NCBI GenBank assembly: GCA_044892525.1
Contig: CM097885.1
Location: 235,044,001-235,108,000, forward strand
Length of the DNA stretch: 64,000 nucleotides
Direction: 5' to 3'
Source: Schmidtea polychroa
Taxonomy: Eukaryota
This document shows positions 62,577 to 64,000 of this stretch, piece after piece. Each line of letters begins with the position of its first letter. The stretch's first letter is position 1. A program made the position numbers and the translations under genes. A model generated the notes under the pieces. The model had not been told where the DNA came from. It worked only from the letters and a program-made list of their open reading frames with translations, and searched no databases.

Positions 62577-64000
62577 TTTCGATGACTATAACGAAGAAAA
62601 ACAATAAAGATAAAAAGAAAACCAGCTATTTCTATTAAACCAGCATGGGACATAATCATTTATTAATTTTCGTACAAGCTATACATTACTTTTAATGTAG
62701 TCCAAATTAAATCGACGTAAAAGGGATCATAATGACGAGGTGAAGAGAGTCTTCGATTAGTTGATACTGAATCCGAAGGTTATCTACCTGCATGGTGATT
62801 TACAAGTCAGGACCCCTTTCCCTGTAGTGTAATAGAGCAAATTGCCGTCGACAAAAATTCATAATTAATTAGACGTGGGGACATTCGACTTCCTTTCATA
62901 AAAATAGACGACGTAATTGATCAGATAACTAATAATATCTTTTAAAATGAACTACAAAAATTTTATTGCCAATGCATTCTGATTCCTCGACTAAATAGAG
63001 TATTGTCTTTCAAAGACATAATTCAAGAATCCCACCCCGACGCGCGGACACGCATAAAAAATATTAATCAGTAGCTGCAGGTTCCCTGGTTAACACTAAA
63101 TTATTATAAGTATATGCAAGCCCGCCTTGCTGTCATCCATTGTTATACTGGTGTTCAAAATTAGCATTCCACAAATTAAAATTTAATATAAGATATAATT
63201 AGTCACACGTAGAAAACACCTGCAATAAAATCAATCTCATAAAAATAGCTTTCTAAAATAGATAATTGAAACATGAAATAGGTAGTCAGATATCGATCTG
63301 AGTCAACCCGTCGTGTGTGTGTATTTCAATTTCTATTCTCAGCGTCATTAGCTGACTGGGAAAATACTGCATGTGGCATATGTAAGTATGTACTGGTGTG
63401 TATTAGTGTGTGTGACTTGTCTCGTATGTTCTCTCGTTATCTAACGTTAAAGTTTTACAGCTGATCATTTTACACCGCGAGTTGGATTTAATTCGTTTAA
63501 TCAATATGCTACCTATGATTATTTCTCATCGAACGTGGACATTGGATTTTATTCTCATGATGTGCAGTCTCCTTCGCTTTCTACCTGGATATTATTATTT
63601 CGTGGATATTTTCGGCAACTCATTCGAAAGATCTTCACCTGGACAATATTGGTCGAAGGTGTCTTTTACTGAAAGGACTTCATGTTACCGCTATTGTAAA
63701 TTTCAGGAGAAATGAAAACCGTTTGGTGAAAATTAAAGTGTCTATCGAAAAATGTCTTCGTATTAAAAATATATTCAATAAATTTTCGTTTATACTCCCT
63801 ATACTATTATTTAACATTTAACGAACATATTAGTACTCAGTTTCTCGATTGACGTGAATTTTGACAGAAGAGTGTTTTATCACCAAAAGATGGAGTGTCG
63901 GTTGATGCAAATAGACGATTACTGATGTCGGATGAAATTTCAGAGTGTGATGTCTAAGAAATAAGAATTTGTAGCCACCTCAGTCATTGCCAGTTAAGAT

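Larger units (their letters stand above)
52489..62620 (-). mobile_element. Large envelope-bearing LTR retroelement, 3'-truncated, no pol in window; outer LTR boundary not determined
   Basis: LTR end at 61262, tRNA-Pro PBS, RING ORF, Gag with three CCHC knuckles, and a glycoprotein. Confidence 0.8.

Noticed and set aside
48912..62620. A single intact provirus bounded by the two long LTR-like copies
   Set aside because: The copies are strongly diverged, env is truncated, an unrelated Trp-PBS LTR remnant intervenes, and no TSD could be found.

Overview
AT-rich eukaryotic (animal) DNA made almost entirely of nested mobile elements and (AAT)n microsatellites. No ordinary host gene is evident. The short 37-75 nt introns, AAT tracts and giant LTR element would fit a planarian-type flatworm genome, but this is inference. 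1-17747 is a near-intact Polinton/Maverick endogenous DNA virus with ~1.4 kb TIRs and the core genes (pPolB, integrase, packaging ATPase, major and minor capsid, adenain protease, core proteins). It also carries unusual, mostly spliced accessory genes: a Bcl-2-like protein, a TBP-like protein, a GPI-type coiled-coil protein, and multi-SIM leader exons apparently spliced onto the polymerase. The middle of the window holds broken Polinton relics, a Ty3/Gypsy element whose 3' LTR is replaced by a 91-bp palindrome, Penelope fragments with minimal hammerhead ribozymes, and an intact Buster-type hAT transposon. About 52.5-62.6 kb (minus strand) is a large tRNA-Pro-primed LTR element. It encodes a Gag-3xUbl-Bcl-2-like-envelope polyprotein with no pol in the window, an IAP-type RING protein and an LTR-encoded ORF. 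Two unrelated virus-like elements therefore each carry apparent anti-apoptotic cargo. All calls come from manual motif reading; no searches were run.
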